Positions 24,420-38,080 are shown, numbered from the whole stretch's first letter. The stretch: DNA of 62,420 nt, filler included, from Choristocarpus tenellus KU-1152 (GCA_964200185.2; 14 parts of 14 records of this genome joined end to end with filler, not necessarily neighbours in it); one strand, 5' to 3'. Notes: generated from the sequence alone by a model not told the origin. Translations and numbers: made by a program.

Positions 24420-26580
24420 TGGAATTAGGTGTATCCAGACAATGTTGTTGCCTATATGCAGCAATCATTTCTACACATTGTGGCAATCACGTGGACGATA
24501 GAATACATCAGAAGCACGGTCATAACCGGTAAGGGCAAAGCTGGCCAAGAAAAAATCCATTGAGTTTCATAAAATCAGGTTCAGGTGGTTGTTGCGTGTT
24601 CGGAATGTAAGGTTTCAAGTGAGCTAAGTGAACAGAAATATCTTTGATGCCACCTTGTTTGCGGACCCAGTAAACTACAGGGGAAATCTTGGCAGTCACT
24701 GTGAAAGGTCCACGCCAAGAATGAATCAATTTTGGATTAGGTCCGTCACGGTCAGTATGTGGACGGTGCACCTAAACTTGAGCTTCAACTTGAAACACGG
24801 GGAAGACAAGAGTTTTATTGCTAGCAATCTTTTTAGCATGCCGTTTTCCCAGATTGCGACGGGCTAATTCAAAAGCTAACTGTAAATTCTCAGCTGTTGA
24901 TCGAGTAAACTCTTGACTAGATTGGGCTATACTGTTGTTTTAGATAGACCAAAAATGACATATATCGATAAAATTGGCCAGCGTCCAAAAAGCAGGAAAA
25001 AATGTGTTTCTTGTAATAATGTGGTATTGTATGCCGTATTGTGAGTAAATTGAAGGAATGGAACAACAGTCGCCCAATTACTCTCTGCTATGTTACTGTA
25101 CATGGCTAACATTTGATGCAGAGTAGAATGGACACACGCTCTAAAACAGAGTTACCCTGTGGTCTGTAGGGTGTGGTACGAGGTTTATGGTACCCAAACA
25201 CTGTCTGCAATTCCAGAAGTTTATTTTCAAATTCCGAACCCTGGTCAGAATGAAGGATTTTGGGTGCCCCAAATAATATTGAAAATATTCCTTCAAACAA
25301 AGCTTTGGCAATGGTCACTTCTTGTTTGTCTGGAATGGGAATGAGAAAAGCAAAGCGTGTCAACTGACAAATAGCCGAAAGAGCATACCAGCATCCACGG
25401 GAAATGGTTTTATATTATACAAGATCAACAGCAATCCGTTCGAATGGTCGGGTGGCAGGATTTTGTCCTTAAGGCAGTGTAGGGCGTCTGTGAGAAGTTT
25501 TTCGTCTTTGGTAAAGTTGACATCTCTCACACCATTCTCTAACATCTTTTCGAAGCATGGGCCACCAATACCGGTCTCGTACCTTGTCAAGGGTATGAGA
25601 AATACCGAAGTGACCTCCCGAAGCGGGATGATCATGACAAGCATGTAAAACCAAATATTGCAATTCTTTTGGAACCACTAATTGACCACGAAAAGCACGG
25701 TGTTTGCGTATATGCCCTTTATGGGTGACAAAAGCAGTCTTGTCAATGTCTGCTTCCACCACAGGAATTTGATGTGATATGCTGATTGACCATCTGCAGC
25801 AGAAATAAATTTTGCTGGGCAATGGAATCAAGATGTTCTTCAGCTAAAGGCATGGGCCAAGAATGTTTGATTAGGTGCTTATTTATGGTCCGTCCATAAC
25901 CAATGCAGAATCTTGGGGTCCCATCTGCTTTGGCAACGATAGTAACAGGGGAACCCCATGGGCTAGAACAAGCTTCAATTAGTATTGGTTTTGTAAATCT
26001 TCAACGAATTTATCAATAATACCTCTAACATGTGGATTGGCTCGATGTGGTGCCCAACGAATAGGTCTGGTACCTGGTTCGAGAGGGAAATCGGCTTCAG
26101 CAATGGTGCAAGTTCCCAATTCAGAGGTGTCGAGGAAAATACTGGCGGAATTTGGCACAAATATTCTGTTTTTCTTGTATTTGAGGTGAAGAGAAAGTAG
26201 TGTTGACAAAGGCAGGTTTCAATGTATTATCAACACGCGTTCGTTCAGACCCACATAGAGATGTTGCAAATATAGTGTGAAAGTGTCTGGTGTTGGCTAT
26301 ATTTGCAGGGTAGATGCGACCAAGTAGACTATTCTTTGGTAAATGAACTGCTTGTGAAGACATATTAGCAATTTGTACTACCCCCGACCCATCATCAGAA
26401 TCCCACGTTCTAACTCTGTGAGTAACAGCAATAGATTGCCAAGTATCATTGGCATTTAATTAGTCAATATAATGAAATGAACAGATACGTGGTTCTAAAA
26501 CAGCATCACAAGTATCAGAGGGGGTTTCATCACTTACAGCAGATACAAGCGTTTCTGATTCTGGGGGAATGGAATTTTTT
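24420..26580 (-). mobile_element. Ty3/gypsy pol remnant with an internal deletion of most RT/RNase H
   Basis: RT start (PGTRPIRWAPHRANP, IDKTAFVTHKG) is fused directly to the integrase H2C2 finger (LVVPKELQ..VLHACHDHPASGGHFG...YWWP...VREWCERC); core HSDQGSEF, TTPYRPQGNSVLER; WRGPF motif. Confidence 0.9.
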
Positions 26581-28012
26581 TCGAGTGAAAGTATCTTAGA
26601 GGNNNNNNNNNNNNNNNNNNNNNNNNNNNNNNNNNNNNNNNNNNNNTTAATTAATTAANNNNNNNNNNNNNNNNNNNNNNNNNNNNNNNNNNNNNNNNNN
26701 NNCGAATGGACGCGGCCCTACCCTCTAAGACACTTTGACTCCAAGATGCCTGTGGATCGGGACAATGTAAGGATACTGGCATGCAAAATTACTCCGACTC
26801 CTCCTGCATTTTTGACTCGGTACGATGCAGCATATTGACTCAAAGAGCACAACATATGAGCATAGTGGCACGTTTTGTCTCTCTAGCTAATATTTGAAGA
26901 CAAGTAAGTCTCAAAACAATGGTGTTCTGAGTAAGTTGAATAGCTCAAATTGGTTGCATTTTTTCCCAGTTGCCCAAACTTGCACATTGCCCATAGGAAA
27001 GTGCCTTCCGCTTTTGTCGTAGCTATTGAAATAGCAAGGGATTTTTTTCTTACTCCTTCCTCGCTACTTGGAATATCGCCTTTTTGTGGGTGTGGCGGAG
27101 CAAGTACTAACTACACTTCTGTTGAACGCACGGGGAAGATGAGGACAAGAATAACCTTGGAGAATTGAAAGTGCCCAGGAGTATCCTGGAAGGAAGGAAG
27201 GAACAGGGTAATATACTCAGCGACCAATGGGACAGAATAAATGCTCGAGCCAATTGATTTCTCTGAGAATTCGAGGCTAGAATGACCTGTGTCAGGAAGT
27301 AGATCAGCAAAAAAGTATGCAAGCCTGAGGTTGTGCACTTCTTCATCATTAAACGTCTGAAGATGGGACTAATGCCGACAAATGTGTGCAAGCAATTGGT
27401 AACTGCCTCCTACCCTTGTTCCTCTAACTGACCTTCGTATATCATACTTTCGCGCTGAAAGAAAGTGAAGTTTTCCATCGATTGTGTCTCAATAAGAAAC
27501 TCGATCCTACTTTTTTCTTACATTGATTGGGACATTAATAGCACTCAAAACTCGGGCGTTTGTTGATACGGTGGAGACCATTTGACTCGCTCATGTCAAT
27601 GTTTTGTATCATATAATAAAAAATGACATAGTTAATAGAAAGTCAATGAACTTCAGGGTCCCACAAACAAAGAGAGCTCCAAACCACATTAACGGAGCAC
27701 CTAGTTGTGAAAATTAGGGATGTCGTGTATGCCAGGGAGGTCTACCTAACAGTTCTGGCATAATTCAATAGCTCGAAGGATTTCTCTGCTAATGGACATA
27801 AATCCTCATTGTTTCTTACCTTCTACCCTCTTCGGCATGTTTTGCCCTAGCAGATGTAAAATTATTTGTATATGGGGATTGTGAAAGAACAAAAAGGCTG
27901 ACTCCAATTATACCCTATTCAACACCACAAAAGAAAGGAGATAGATCACTGTCCCTTGTGACGGTGATGGCAATTTGGCAGCTCTTTTCTCAGGTAAGAA
28001 CAAAATATGTCA

Positions 28013-29743
28013 GAGTCAAAGCATTCAAGAGGGTAGGGCCGCGTCCGTTCGGGATCATCAATCCGATGCTTCGATTTTGATTAATTTTGACTATAGTGGT
28101 ATCAATACCTTATGCGTCTGGGGTTGTCCCGTCATAACATCTGATGTAGACATAGGATTAAAAAAATAAAAACATATTCGTGATGCCCGTCACAATGCCC
28201 TCCGTATCGTATCGGGGTTCGAACCCCGGATTGTAGGTCACCTAGAGTGGCAACGGATGCAATATTACTTGATTAAAGAATAGGGTTTAGACAGGAAAAA
28301 AGCCTCCCCACCCTTTCTTCCTCTGTGTTCTTACGATCACTCTTTGACCTTGACAAGGATGTCCTCGTCGAGGCCCAGAACGAAACGCCTCTCGTCGCGC
28401 CCTTGCTCCGACACATTGATGTGGCCCTTAGTTAAGAAGTCTCTCTCACATTTACTCACAGTTTCCGACCTGACCATCGCATATCTTGCTGCGATCTCGA
28501 GCGCCGTTTGACGGTCTTTCCCGTCGTTCATACACAAGTACAGGATTCGCGGTGTTAGAGCCTTTACTATCACATTTCCTCGTTGAGCACCGGAAATGGG
28601 TTACCTTCTTTCGGGCTTCAGAACCCTTGTAGCCCAACCCTAACACCTTCTTTCTCATTTCCTAAGCCACTCTGGCTCACATAGCTTCCAAACAGCTAGG
28701 GCCTGCGGCAACTGCCGACTACTAAGATATTCTACACCCGGGTTTCCGCTTAGGCGTTTCCTGAGCGAAATGGCACGCAGTCGCACTGCCCTCTTCCCCA
28801 ACCTTTCCTTCGGACGGCCACTATGTTTCCTTCGCCCGCCGTGACCAGGCTTCCCCACAGACTTCGTCACTGTACCACCACCTGGTGATGGACTCGCCGC
28901 TCTCTTCCTGTTTTCCCGAGGTGGCGGTTCTTGCAGAGCAGTTCTCCGAAGTGGTTGAATACCCAACTATGTTTGTGTGATAATGCTTTCAATGCATCTT
29001 CTCTCAGCGTCAGCATCGCGGCCCCGTATTCCATTTCGCGATTCGATCATGCTGCTGCGCCACACTACTCGCACTTTCTCGTCACCTAACATCGCACTGA
29101 GTTTCACACGGTACTTGTTTTTCCGGCCCTCTCGACAGAGAAGGAGACGACGGTAGATCCAGAGGGCAGAGCGGTCTCGGTGGCTCTCCTTGTCTCTCCG
29201 TCGCGGTTCATGTTGCTGTGTAAGTCACGCGTGTGTGTGCTCACAGAAAGTCTCCAAAGGCGTTAAAAAGATATGCGGAAATCTTGAATTTTTTTGGTAT
29301 AGCCGCACCAGCCAAACTTGGGCAGGGACTTACCCCGGACCAGTTTTCTGTAAGGACTTCAGTCAACCAATTCATTTTTGTCCGTTTTGAAGTCGCGACC
29401 TTCAAAATTGCGCTGGATACATTCCCCGGCGTTTTTCCATTGTTTGATCGGGACATAGCTCTCGTTCCCCCGAAGTCTGGACATTCGTCGATACAAACCT
29501 TCAAAAGCTCTTGTCATACCCTTTCATTTGATATACATATACTGTTGTATATCTGATTGACACAGACCGCGAAGCTACTGGTATCACTTTATCGTGTTTG
29601 TTAGCAAGTGTCAATATCATTGCTCCGCACAAACCTTTCATAGTCGTACACATTTTAGGTAACTGTGTTTACACAGGAAACCGAAGAAGAGAAAAATAAT
29701 AATAAACGGGACAAAACTCCTACCCTCTTAAATGCTTTGGGTC
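28013..29743 (+). mobile_element. MITE family A variant (TIR AAAGCATT.AAGAGGGTAGG) split by a Tc1/mariner-like insertion
   Basis: Left part 28013-28093 and right part 29590-29743 rejoin at the family motif TTTTG.C-TA-TCGTGTTTGTTAG. Confidence 0.8.
28094..29589 (-). mobile_element. Non-autonomous Tc1/mariner(ITm)-like element with a truncated, frameshifted transposase-like N-terminus (28337-~29090)
   Basis: Imperfect TIRs (consensus AAGTGGTACCAATAGCTT); TA duplication; HTH-like ALEIAARYAMVRSETVSKCERDFLTKGHI..SEQG...DEDI; second copy at 57149-57824. Confidence 0.75.
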
Positions 29744-29829
29744 TCAGAGGTCCAATCCAGCAAACGCATCTCAGTCATTAACGACCAATGAAGGGATTGG
29801 ACAGAGGAGTCAGAATGCGTTCAGATACT

Positions 29830-31000
29830 ACTTTCTATAGAGAACTGGGAGTTGGCCAAAACTGAAAGATCCATCCGACGACAGGAGAAAAAGAGATGAC
29901 CAAGAAAGGGAAGAAGTAGAACACACTTGAACCAGCTCTATGCCACAGATTCTTAGCCTTTCTATCTCCTTTCTTCCTTCACCAATAGAGCCTGCGATTC
30001 CACAGCTCTCTGTCTCAATTGAGCACATTGCTTTTGGCTGGTTGACTCCTAGATTGTCTTTGCTCATAAGTCTTTGGTCATATTGAATTTAGTGTGCTGC
30101 AGGTCCCAGATCCCAGTATGGGTAAGGTTGAGGGTATTTTTTAACTCACTACCACTGTTCCTTCCAACCACCAGGTCCCCGCGACACTGTGCAGTAGGAA
30201 CAGTGATGGTGAACTCAAAAATAGGCTTAACCCTGCCAACAGTAGGATCTGGGACCGGAAGGACTCTCAACTCGCCATGACCAAATGTTTTAATGAGTAA
30301 ATGACAATATTGGAATCAACCAGTCAAAAGCAACATGCCCAACTGAGACAGAGACCTGTGGAGATGTTGGGGTCACACTGCCAACAACTCTGCATGCTAC
30401 TTCGAAGTACAATGGAAGGGATGGGTTTTCCAGCAACAGCAGCAGCTGTTGACCTCAAGAGTCAGGAGTTCCTGGTACCAGGAGTCATACTTGTTCCCCT
30501 TGTGTTCCTACCGTTCCCAATATAGGATTGAGTCATACTTTTGACTTAGGGCTCAAAATATCTGTGAGGGGGTAGCGGCTTTCCATTCGGGGCTTTTCCC
30601 ATGTCGCGATATTTGTGTGATTTGGTTGCATGAGTTGGATGAATAATGAAAGTACAATTTTCCTGGTCAGGATCTGAATGGACACCCTGGTGTAGATTCT
30701 CCCCCCTCCCCCTCCCCCAGATACTTTGAGTCTTGGCCAGCTAAATTTTAGTTCCAGACCTTTATCACCGTTTCCGTCAACCATCTCTCCCCAAACCTAT
30801 AGCCATCAATTCCTCTACAGTTGCAATTCCTGGATTATCGAGCACTTTGGTAGAGCTGGCAGTCAACACTTCACCCAGTCTTGACAGTATCTCTTTATTG
30901 CACAGGTTATGACCATACAATTTTGTAATACATGGACAAACATTGGATCTCCCTTAGTACCAGGGTTGCAACTTGGGGGTTCTGTTGAACTATCCCACAC
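29830..31000 (-). mobile_element. Possible highly degenerate retroelement gag/protease remnant
   Basis: Weak retropepsin-like LVDS and DLVVGR motifs in different frames; many stops. Confidence 0.25.
30550..30732 (+). mobile_element. MITE family B (~180 bp; TIR GGCTCAAAGTATCTG + G/C runs); other copies 39945-40126, partial 56975-57048, 59782-59860, 60798-60822, 6687-6711
   Basis: Shared termini and internal ATAATGAAA...TTTCCTG...AATGGACACCCTGGTGTAGA; flanks TTAG/TTGG. Confidence 0.85.
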
Positions 31001-31899
31001 TGGACCCGCGGCTTTTATGGTGCTTTAATGAAGGACAAAGAACANNNNNNNNNNNNNNNNNNNNNNNNNNNNNNNNNNNNNNNNNNNNTTAATTAATTAA
31101 NNNNNNNNNNNNNNNNNNNNNNNNNNNNNNNNNNNNNNNNNNNNAAGCCCATCCTCAATGAAAAGCTCCATCCTCCATTTTTGACATCTGCTGTTAACTG
31201 TTGAGAAGAAAGTGAAGAAGGCTGGATCTCAACACATGATTAGTTTGCTCTCTACGAAATAGGAGGAGAGGAGTGTAAGATGGTCGAACGAAAAGCGACC
31301 AGTTAAAAATGACCAAATAATTTTTCTCAGGATTACACTCTTTCTCCACTCACTTTTCTTTATATTATAAGTCGACCTAGTAAGTGTGTTACAATATGTA
31401 ACATGTCACATACACATGGACACACTATTTTTTTTTAGATCTGCGAGACCGAGATAAATCGTTAAATTGACAATCAAAGTGATAGATCCAGCATTTTCAT
31501 TTGATTATATTTTCATTGTATTGGCGTTGTCTGAGAGCCTCAAATTTACCTACAGGGTTGTGGATTGGATCTACATATTCCACCAAGGTACCTTGGTGGG
31601 AGCGTTTTGAGTGAACCGACTGAGAGGTAGGTAGGGTTACACTTTGTACAATTGCAGAAACTTTTTTTGGTGGATTGCGGTGTCAATCTCTGTGTGGAAT
31701 GAGGAATATCAATCTTGTGTACACTGTTGTCCACGTAAAGCAATGGAATAGTGTATTTTATCGAGTAAGAAAGATGGCTTAGAATGGAAAAGGTTCGAAA
31801 CCTGCCAACCTCTCCACTCTTTTGGCTCTTTATAACAAAACTACAGTATGAACAACAAAATTCCATTTTGACTGAGGAATAAAAAAGACAGGAGACACA

Positions 31900-32730
31900 T
31901 ATATATGAATGGGTGTAGATAGGTGTCACATACATTAAATATGCCACAATACGAGTGCCTTGATTTTTTCTTACAGGTCGTCTCTCTGCTTCCTCTGTCG
32001 AATCCGGTGCGTACTCCCACTTTAAACAATAATCTTTGTCAGCACGATCTAGATATTTCTGTGTGTGTCCCTTTTCTTGTAGTTTATACCTCAGGTTAGT
32101 AGGAAGGAACGTCCAGCACACCACACACACACACACACATCTTGTACCTTCCCAATTCACATGGTCCGAAGTCAAATAATCTGACCTCTGTAACCTGGTT
32201 TCGAGTTGGGGGGTAAATACTAAATTTATAGAGTGGTAACTTGGTATCTTGTTTGTCATATATGTGACAGACACCTCCCAACAAAGAAGGCATATACCTC
32301 TATAGTTGTCTTCCTTAATAAGAAGATACACCTCTAACTTCTTGAAGTAGGTATCGGGTGGTTTGAATTGAGCTTACAAACTACTCTCTTTCACTCTTTT
32401 TCTGTTCGCTCCTTCAACAGCCAATTTCAAAAATTGAGGATGGAGCTTTTCATTGAGGATAGGCTTGACCCAAAATTGACTGGGAAATTATATTATAATA
32501 CATATTGACACTTTTTCCCAGTCAATTTTGGGTCAAGCCTATCCTCAATGAAAAGCTCCATTCTCAATTTTTGAAATCAGCTGTTCTTCCCTGAGTGACT
32601 TTGTGAGGGATTGCTCACCCTCCTGCCTTGTCTCTCGGCATTCCCTTTCTCCTGTGGTTCTTCCCACTCCACTTTCAAGAAACTGTGTTTAATTTGTTTT
32701 CATCTGTTTCACATATTTTTTAAGACTCCC
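31900..32730 (-). mobile_element. Dispersed repeat with degenerate ORF, possibly a BED-finger (hAT-like) transposase N-terminus; paralog at ~60-300
   Basis: 32335-32720 aligns by eye with 65-290; GICLLC...TNLRYKLQEKGH resembles a BED zinc finger. Confidence 0.4.
32416..32585. mobile_element. Foldback MITE family C
   Basis: ~72-bp inverted arms; TSD CTTC/CTTC. Confidence 0.92.
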
Positions 32731-33358
32731 CCAAGAAGGCATTTTTTATATTTTTCAAGAGTGTACGGGTAATGAGTGACGAATAATAATTATATTAAAT
32801 ATGTTTTGTGATTATCCTGTACCCTTTCTGGACAAAATCTGTGAATTCCCACAGAAGACAAGATCGATTTGAAGTGTGTTGAGATTTACATATCCTAAGA
32901 CCGGTCACAGCTCACAATCTCATCTCATCTCTGGTAAGAATACTCAATAACAGGGATAGTTCTAATCAGGTAGTGACAGTTTTCGTACCTGGTGTGCGTC
33001 AGAGTGAAAGAAAAACAGTAGGCATTCGCACCACAACCAACCTTTGTTGGAAGTGAACAGGCAAGGTTCAAACCAAAATATATCCTGAATGTGAGTTCCT
33101 ACCCTGCAACCTTCCCAACCTTTCTCTCCCCTTCTCTTGACTTTTTTTATTTTATTGTCTGGGTCCTTTCAAACACTGGACTCCAGCTATTTTGTTTATT
33201 GAAGCAACTGCAAGTTTGCAGGGTGGAGTACGCACAGTGGACTGTTCACCTTCCAGAAGTGTGTTACGAGTGACATCCGTCTCGAGTTTGAAGAAAAGGC
33301 ACCAGTACAATACCAGGATATTTGGTGACTGGTGACTTTCTCTGGTGTTCAATCCCAA

Positions 33359-35881
33359 ATGATCAATCCGCAATTGGTGGAAAGTCTTGCGACTCGTGTC
33401 CTTCCAGAGCATGCCTCTGTGATTAGTGCATCCGCTGGCTCGATCGGTCAAAGAGAGGTCATCTTAGCTGCGAGGGATGGCACGGTTTTGAAAGTAAGGG
33501 TGGTTGGGCGGGTGGGCAATGGAATGGTTGAAAGTAGCAGATGGCTCTTCTGCTATTTTTTCAAGAATCTGGGTGAAATGTATTTTTATGCATCATCTGT
33601 AGTGTGCAAGCCGTAACAGGTCGACTTTCAGAGTATTTGCACAGGCTAACCCTCTACTGACATGGCACAGGTGGACGTGCCGACGGTGGGTAAGTTCCGC
33701 TCTCATGGGAAGGTCTTGCTTACCACTGAACGATTAGTCTTCTGCTCAAGCAAGCCCACTACCCAAAACGGTGAGCTTTGACAGAAGAGAACCAGGTGCA
33801 AAGAGGGTTCGTCCCAGACTAGATTGACAGCTCCCCGCACAATGTTTTTGTTGTCACCACTTGCCAGGCATTTTTTTCGAAGGCTTCGATATCCCACTTG
33901 ATGGGGTAAGCAGCTTGATGTTCAACCAGCCCCTTCTCCTTGGAGCAAACAACCTCTCTGGAATCGTGCAGACTAACGTTGCGACGGGCCCCCCCGGTAT
34001 GTGCAGAGCGACACCTCGTATTGTGTGCTGGATACTAGTTTTGCTAGCTGGCAGTGTTTACTTGCTCGATGTTGCTGTGACCTTGACAGGATCATCATGT
34101 GAGTCCCCTCCTTGTTCATGTACTCTTTGTGTGTGCGTACATTTCCAGGACGAAGCAGGCAAGGTGCCAGACTTTCTGGAGACCATCGAAATGTTGTCAG
34201 CTCCAAGTGGCACCTGTATTTCAGGTGATCCGAGACTCCTCCACCAAGCCCTGCTATGTAGTGGAGGATCGCTGTTGAATCTTTGAAATACTAGAAACCT
34301 CTCTATTATGATGAGGGGCAGTATGGTCTACAGAAAATGTGTACAGAGAAAAAGGAAATCAGCACTGTTGTGGCAGAATGCATCCACAAATCCCATTAAG
34401 CAACAAATGGCCTGATATTTATGTCACTTGCAGAGATGTAAATGCCATTCAAACAATGAAACCACTCATTCTGATCGTTGAATGTGATTGTTCAGGCAGT
34501 TAATCCCTCCTTGTATTGTCAATACAATACCTGGGAGAAGAAAATGTTATCTTGGGAGTAGTTTGATTTACTTAGAAAGTATAGTTTTTTTGTGTAACAA
34601 GAGCAGATCACACTAAGTATTCCATAGAGCTGCACCTCCTCCAGAATTTCATATGCCAACCCAGTCATCTATCCTTCTCCAACCCTGGATTGTCAATGTT
34701 AGCAATCTGGTGGGCATGTAGGAGGTCCCAACCTTTGTTTCTGCTGCACCCATGCTGGTCTGATTTTTTTCTCTCCTCTAGGTTTTCTCCTCTAGTCATT
34801 ACAACTTGTCCTATTGATAAGAATACATCTTTGAACTTGATTTTGCTCACACCATATGATTTCTGTGATGTGTCATGAAATCCTTTGGAGAAAATCTGGG
34901 TCACAGTTTGGAAGACTTCTACTATCCACAGTATTATTGGGGCATCACACAATAGTGCATTTGCTACAGTCTAGGGTTATTGAAGCTCAAGTTAGTCTTT
35001 ACTGTAACATTCGGTGAGTTGGAACAGAGCCATTCTGTTTTGGGGCGATTTGCTCAAGATGTACTGTAGTGAGCAGTGGTGAGAAACACCGTGGAAGAGA
35101 ATTGATTGACAGGTAGCTCAATATTCCACGCTAGGGCTCCAAATGGCAAACTTTTGTAGTACCAAACTCCTTACATATATTGTGCATTTGCCTTGGGTTG
35201 CCACAAAATGTAAATACATTTGTTTGCTTGGAACTGTAGCAGTTTTATCCTTTTGCTACCCTATATTTACCAAAACACCCAGATCTCTTGTGGTTATGTA
35301 GCCATGAACTTGTTCTTGGCAACTTCCCCCCCTTGTCCTTAGTCCAACAGTGCCATTCTCTACCCCATGCACTCTCATGTCTTTTCTTTAACCCTAGGGA
35401 AGGAGGCTTTGGGACATTCCTTAGCGCGTTTTATAAGACTCTCAAGAGGCGACAGAACTCCAGTTCCCTACCGACAGCTGTGGCTTTCACAGGGACTGAT
35501 CAGGAATGGGCAGCAATGCAGGTGCTTTCCTACTGCTACGCAATCAATGCAAATCAACAAGGGGACCAAAGAAGATGCATACCAGCAGAAGAGAGGGTTG
35601 TGCCTTTGTTTTATATAGTGCGTTGTTTTCCCTCTCTCTTTCTTGCATTACCAAATGGATTGGAAGCAATACCCTGCACAAGGTTCATGATGTTCTATCC
35701 CTCTCCCCACCGCTTTGTTTAAAATGACCTGTAGGCCGCAGAGATTGTTGAGGTAGTGGTGGTTGACCCTGCAGATACAACTATCCTGCTGACTGCCCCT
35801 CCCGTGGCCGTCTCAACTTCAGCCACTACCTGGGCAGCACCGGTGCAAAATCCCAGCCACACCACGATAGGCACAATTTGA
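33359..35881 (+). CDS. WBP2/UPF0664-like GRAM(PH) domain protein; exons 33359-33493, 33671-33770, 33868-33996, (uncertain short exon near 34970-35013), ~35398-35521, 35735-35881
   Basis: MINPQL start; GKVLLTTERLVF; FDIPL...FNQPLLLGANNLSG.V; EGGFGTFLSAF; VDPAD; GT/AG boundaries; stop TGA at 35879-35881. The middle junction is not resolved. Confidence 0.75.
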
Positions 35882-37912
35882 TGTGGGATTTAAATTTATA
35901 ATTTCATTTGAAGTGTGCCCTCATCTCACTACTGCCTGAAGGTCTAGGCAGAGGCAGGGCAGGAATTGAAATGGTCCATTTGTGGTCCTCCCCCTTCCAC
36001 CATTTGCTACTCATCCACTCCTGTGTAGCCCAATTGTGACCTCTGTGTTTTGGTCTGAGGGATTACTTATTATTTCCTGCAAACATAGATCCAAGTCTAC
36101 ACAGACGTTCCCATGCCTCATTCATTGCATTCTGAGCTTATCTCGCTCAATGTTCTAGGCAGGCATGCTTCACAGCATGTCTGAAGGAACAGTTATATTG
36201 TTGTATTTGTAATATATTGGTGCTTCAGATGCAAGCACTCCCTTGTGTTAACTTACCTACTTGTATTTTATGTTGAATTCATAGTGCACAAAGAAAATTT
36301 ACGGGCAGTGCTTCAGTAAGCTGGCAAGGTGTGTATATTGCTGGAGAGGTTGGATGAACCCCAGTGGGTATTGTTACATTCCCTCAGGAGGGATGCCTAT
36401 GTCAAAGAAGGGAGTTTGGTGTTTAGGGGTTGATATACCTGTGTTTTTTTCCATTTTCTATCTATTATTGATGATACAAAGAGTGGGCTCTTTCATGTAC
36501 ACCAAATGCTCTAAGTATATAGTAGACACACTCAAGAAGTATGTAGAAGGAAGGCACTCCACAGGATAAATATATAATAATGTGATTCCACCGTCTGCCT
36601 GCATCATTAATAATGCGTCTAGTTTGTTTTGTGATTGGTTTATTGTAGATAGTGATAGTTGGTGTGCACCAGTTGCCAGAGCGCTGCACTTGAACTCACT
36701 AGTTTCGACCTCATCTCAAGTATTGTCTAGTGCTGCTTAATGTTGACACAGTCATAATCATTACACACCGATAATAGGATTCGCACAGTAGTAGGCTCAA
36801 AGATGGAAGGGAATGAGAGGAGTTGCCTGAAAGGAGCATCATAAACACAGTAGTCAACCCTGAATATGTAGAAAGCACCGTGATGGATAGTCTTGAAACT
36901 GCACCATAAATTCTTCTGTTCCGAAACGTATGTACTACTAGATATACAGGTGTGTTTTTTGAAGAACCCCCTATTGTTTTTTTTGCGGAAAATAACCACT
37001 ACTGCAGAATTGTTTACATGGTGTAAAAAGGAGCTGAAGAAGCATACTTACCAATCTTGTTCAGCATGAAACAACTGAAGTTGCAATGTTAATATTTGGG
37101 GGGGAGAGTTGTGGGTATTTTCATCTCGTAGTTGGTGGATGGTATGGTCGGATGTGGTATGGAACCTCAGGTAATGAGACGCATCAAGACTCGCAAAAAT
37201 AGAATAGACGAGATGATGTATAGACCACTGTCATCTGCCTACCATGATGTATCCAATGAAGCTTCAACTACAGCACAATATGGATCAATAAGGTGTGCCC
37301 CAGCAGTCACTTTTTTTTTTCACTACCTTATTTATGGTTTAGAATTTTAAACAAGGAAGAAAAAACGATCTTAAAAATAACTTGAATTGATTCTTTTTGT
37401 ACTTTAAATATATATTAAGAGGGTAGAAGTATACAAAGAGTACATAGAAGGCTATTGAAATGATACATTTCTAACCTCCACACTTGAAACAAATACGAGG
37501 TATATACAAAGAAACAAGAGCATAGTAAAGGCAGGCAATTAAAGTGCCATGTTTTTACCAAGCAACTTCGCAAATTTTTCTTAACTTGTGATTCCACCTT
37601 CTGTAACTCTTACCTTCAAAATCATTGTAACATTAAATGAAACACACCCAGTACTGACATCCCATTTCTCTTGGTATCTCACCCTGGTTCTAACAACCCT
37701 ATCAAGTACAGCACCACTACAGTACTACCATGGTACCACACACTACTAGTGAAACATCGAGAGAAATGTGTCCCATTGCACCAACAGGATGGAAAGGTGT
37801 TGAAGGAGGAGAAAACCCAAGAAAAAAAAAGCACAATTTAAGGTTGCACTGAACATATTACATCAAATTACTATCATAATGGGATGTCGCCCTCGAACTT
37901 TAGGCTCTCTGA

Positions 37913-38080
37913 TCACACCCTGTCCACGGGCACAAGGGAGTTGTAGTGAGTACCAAGGGCGTAGTACTCTTCATGGTATGTCAAGCGCAGCGGGGGTCCC
38001 TCAAACTCATTCCCAACCTGTACAGTGGGCCCAGCTGCATTGTACACCTCAATAGGCACCTCCAGGGCAGTGGAAAGTGC
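37913..38080 (-). CDS. Last exon of an OTUD6/OTU2-like deubiquitinase
   Basis: ALSTALEVPIEVY...PLRLTYHEEYYALGTHYNSLVP* (OTU His-loop LG.HYNS); CAG acceptor at 38081-38083. Confidence 0.85.
   Translation of the reverse strand, partial: ALSTALEVPIEVYNAAGPTVQVGNEFEGPPLRLTYHEEYYALGTHYNSLVPVDRV

Noticed and set aside
24420-24520. Chromodomain at the gypsy integrase C-terminus
   Set aside because: Only a weak frameshifted tail (..VEMIAAY) remains; insufficient
26750-27600. Cys-rich degenerate frames here and at 40130-40900, 43500-43990 and 59860-60700 that may be transposase relics
   Set aside because: No diagnostic motif, TIR or second copy identified by eye
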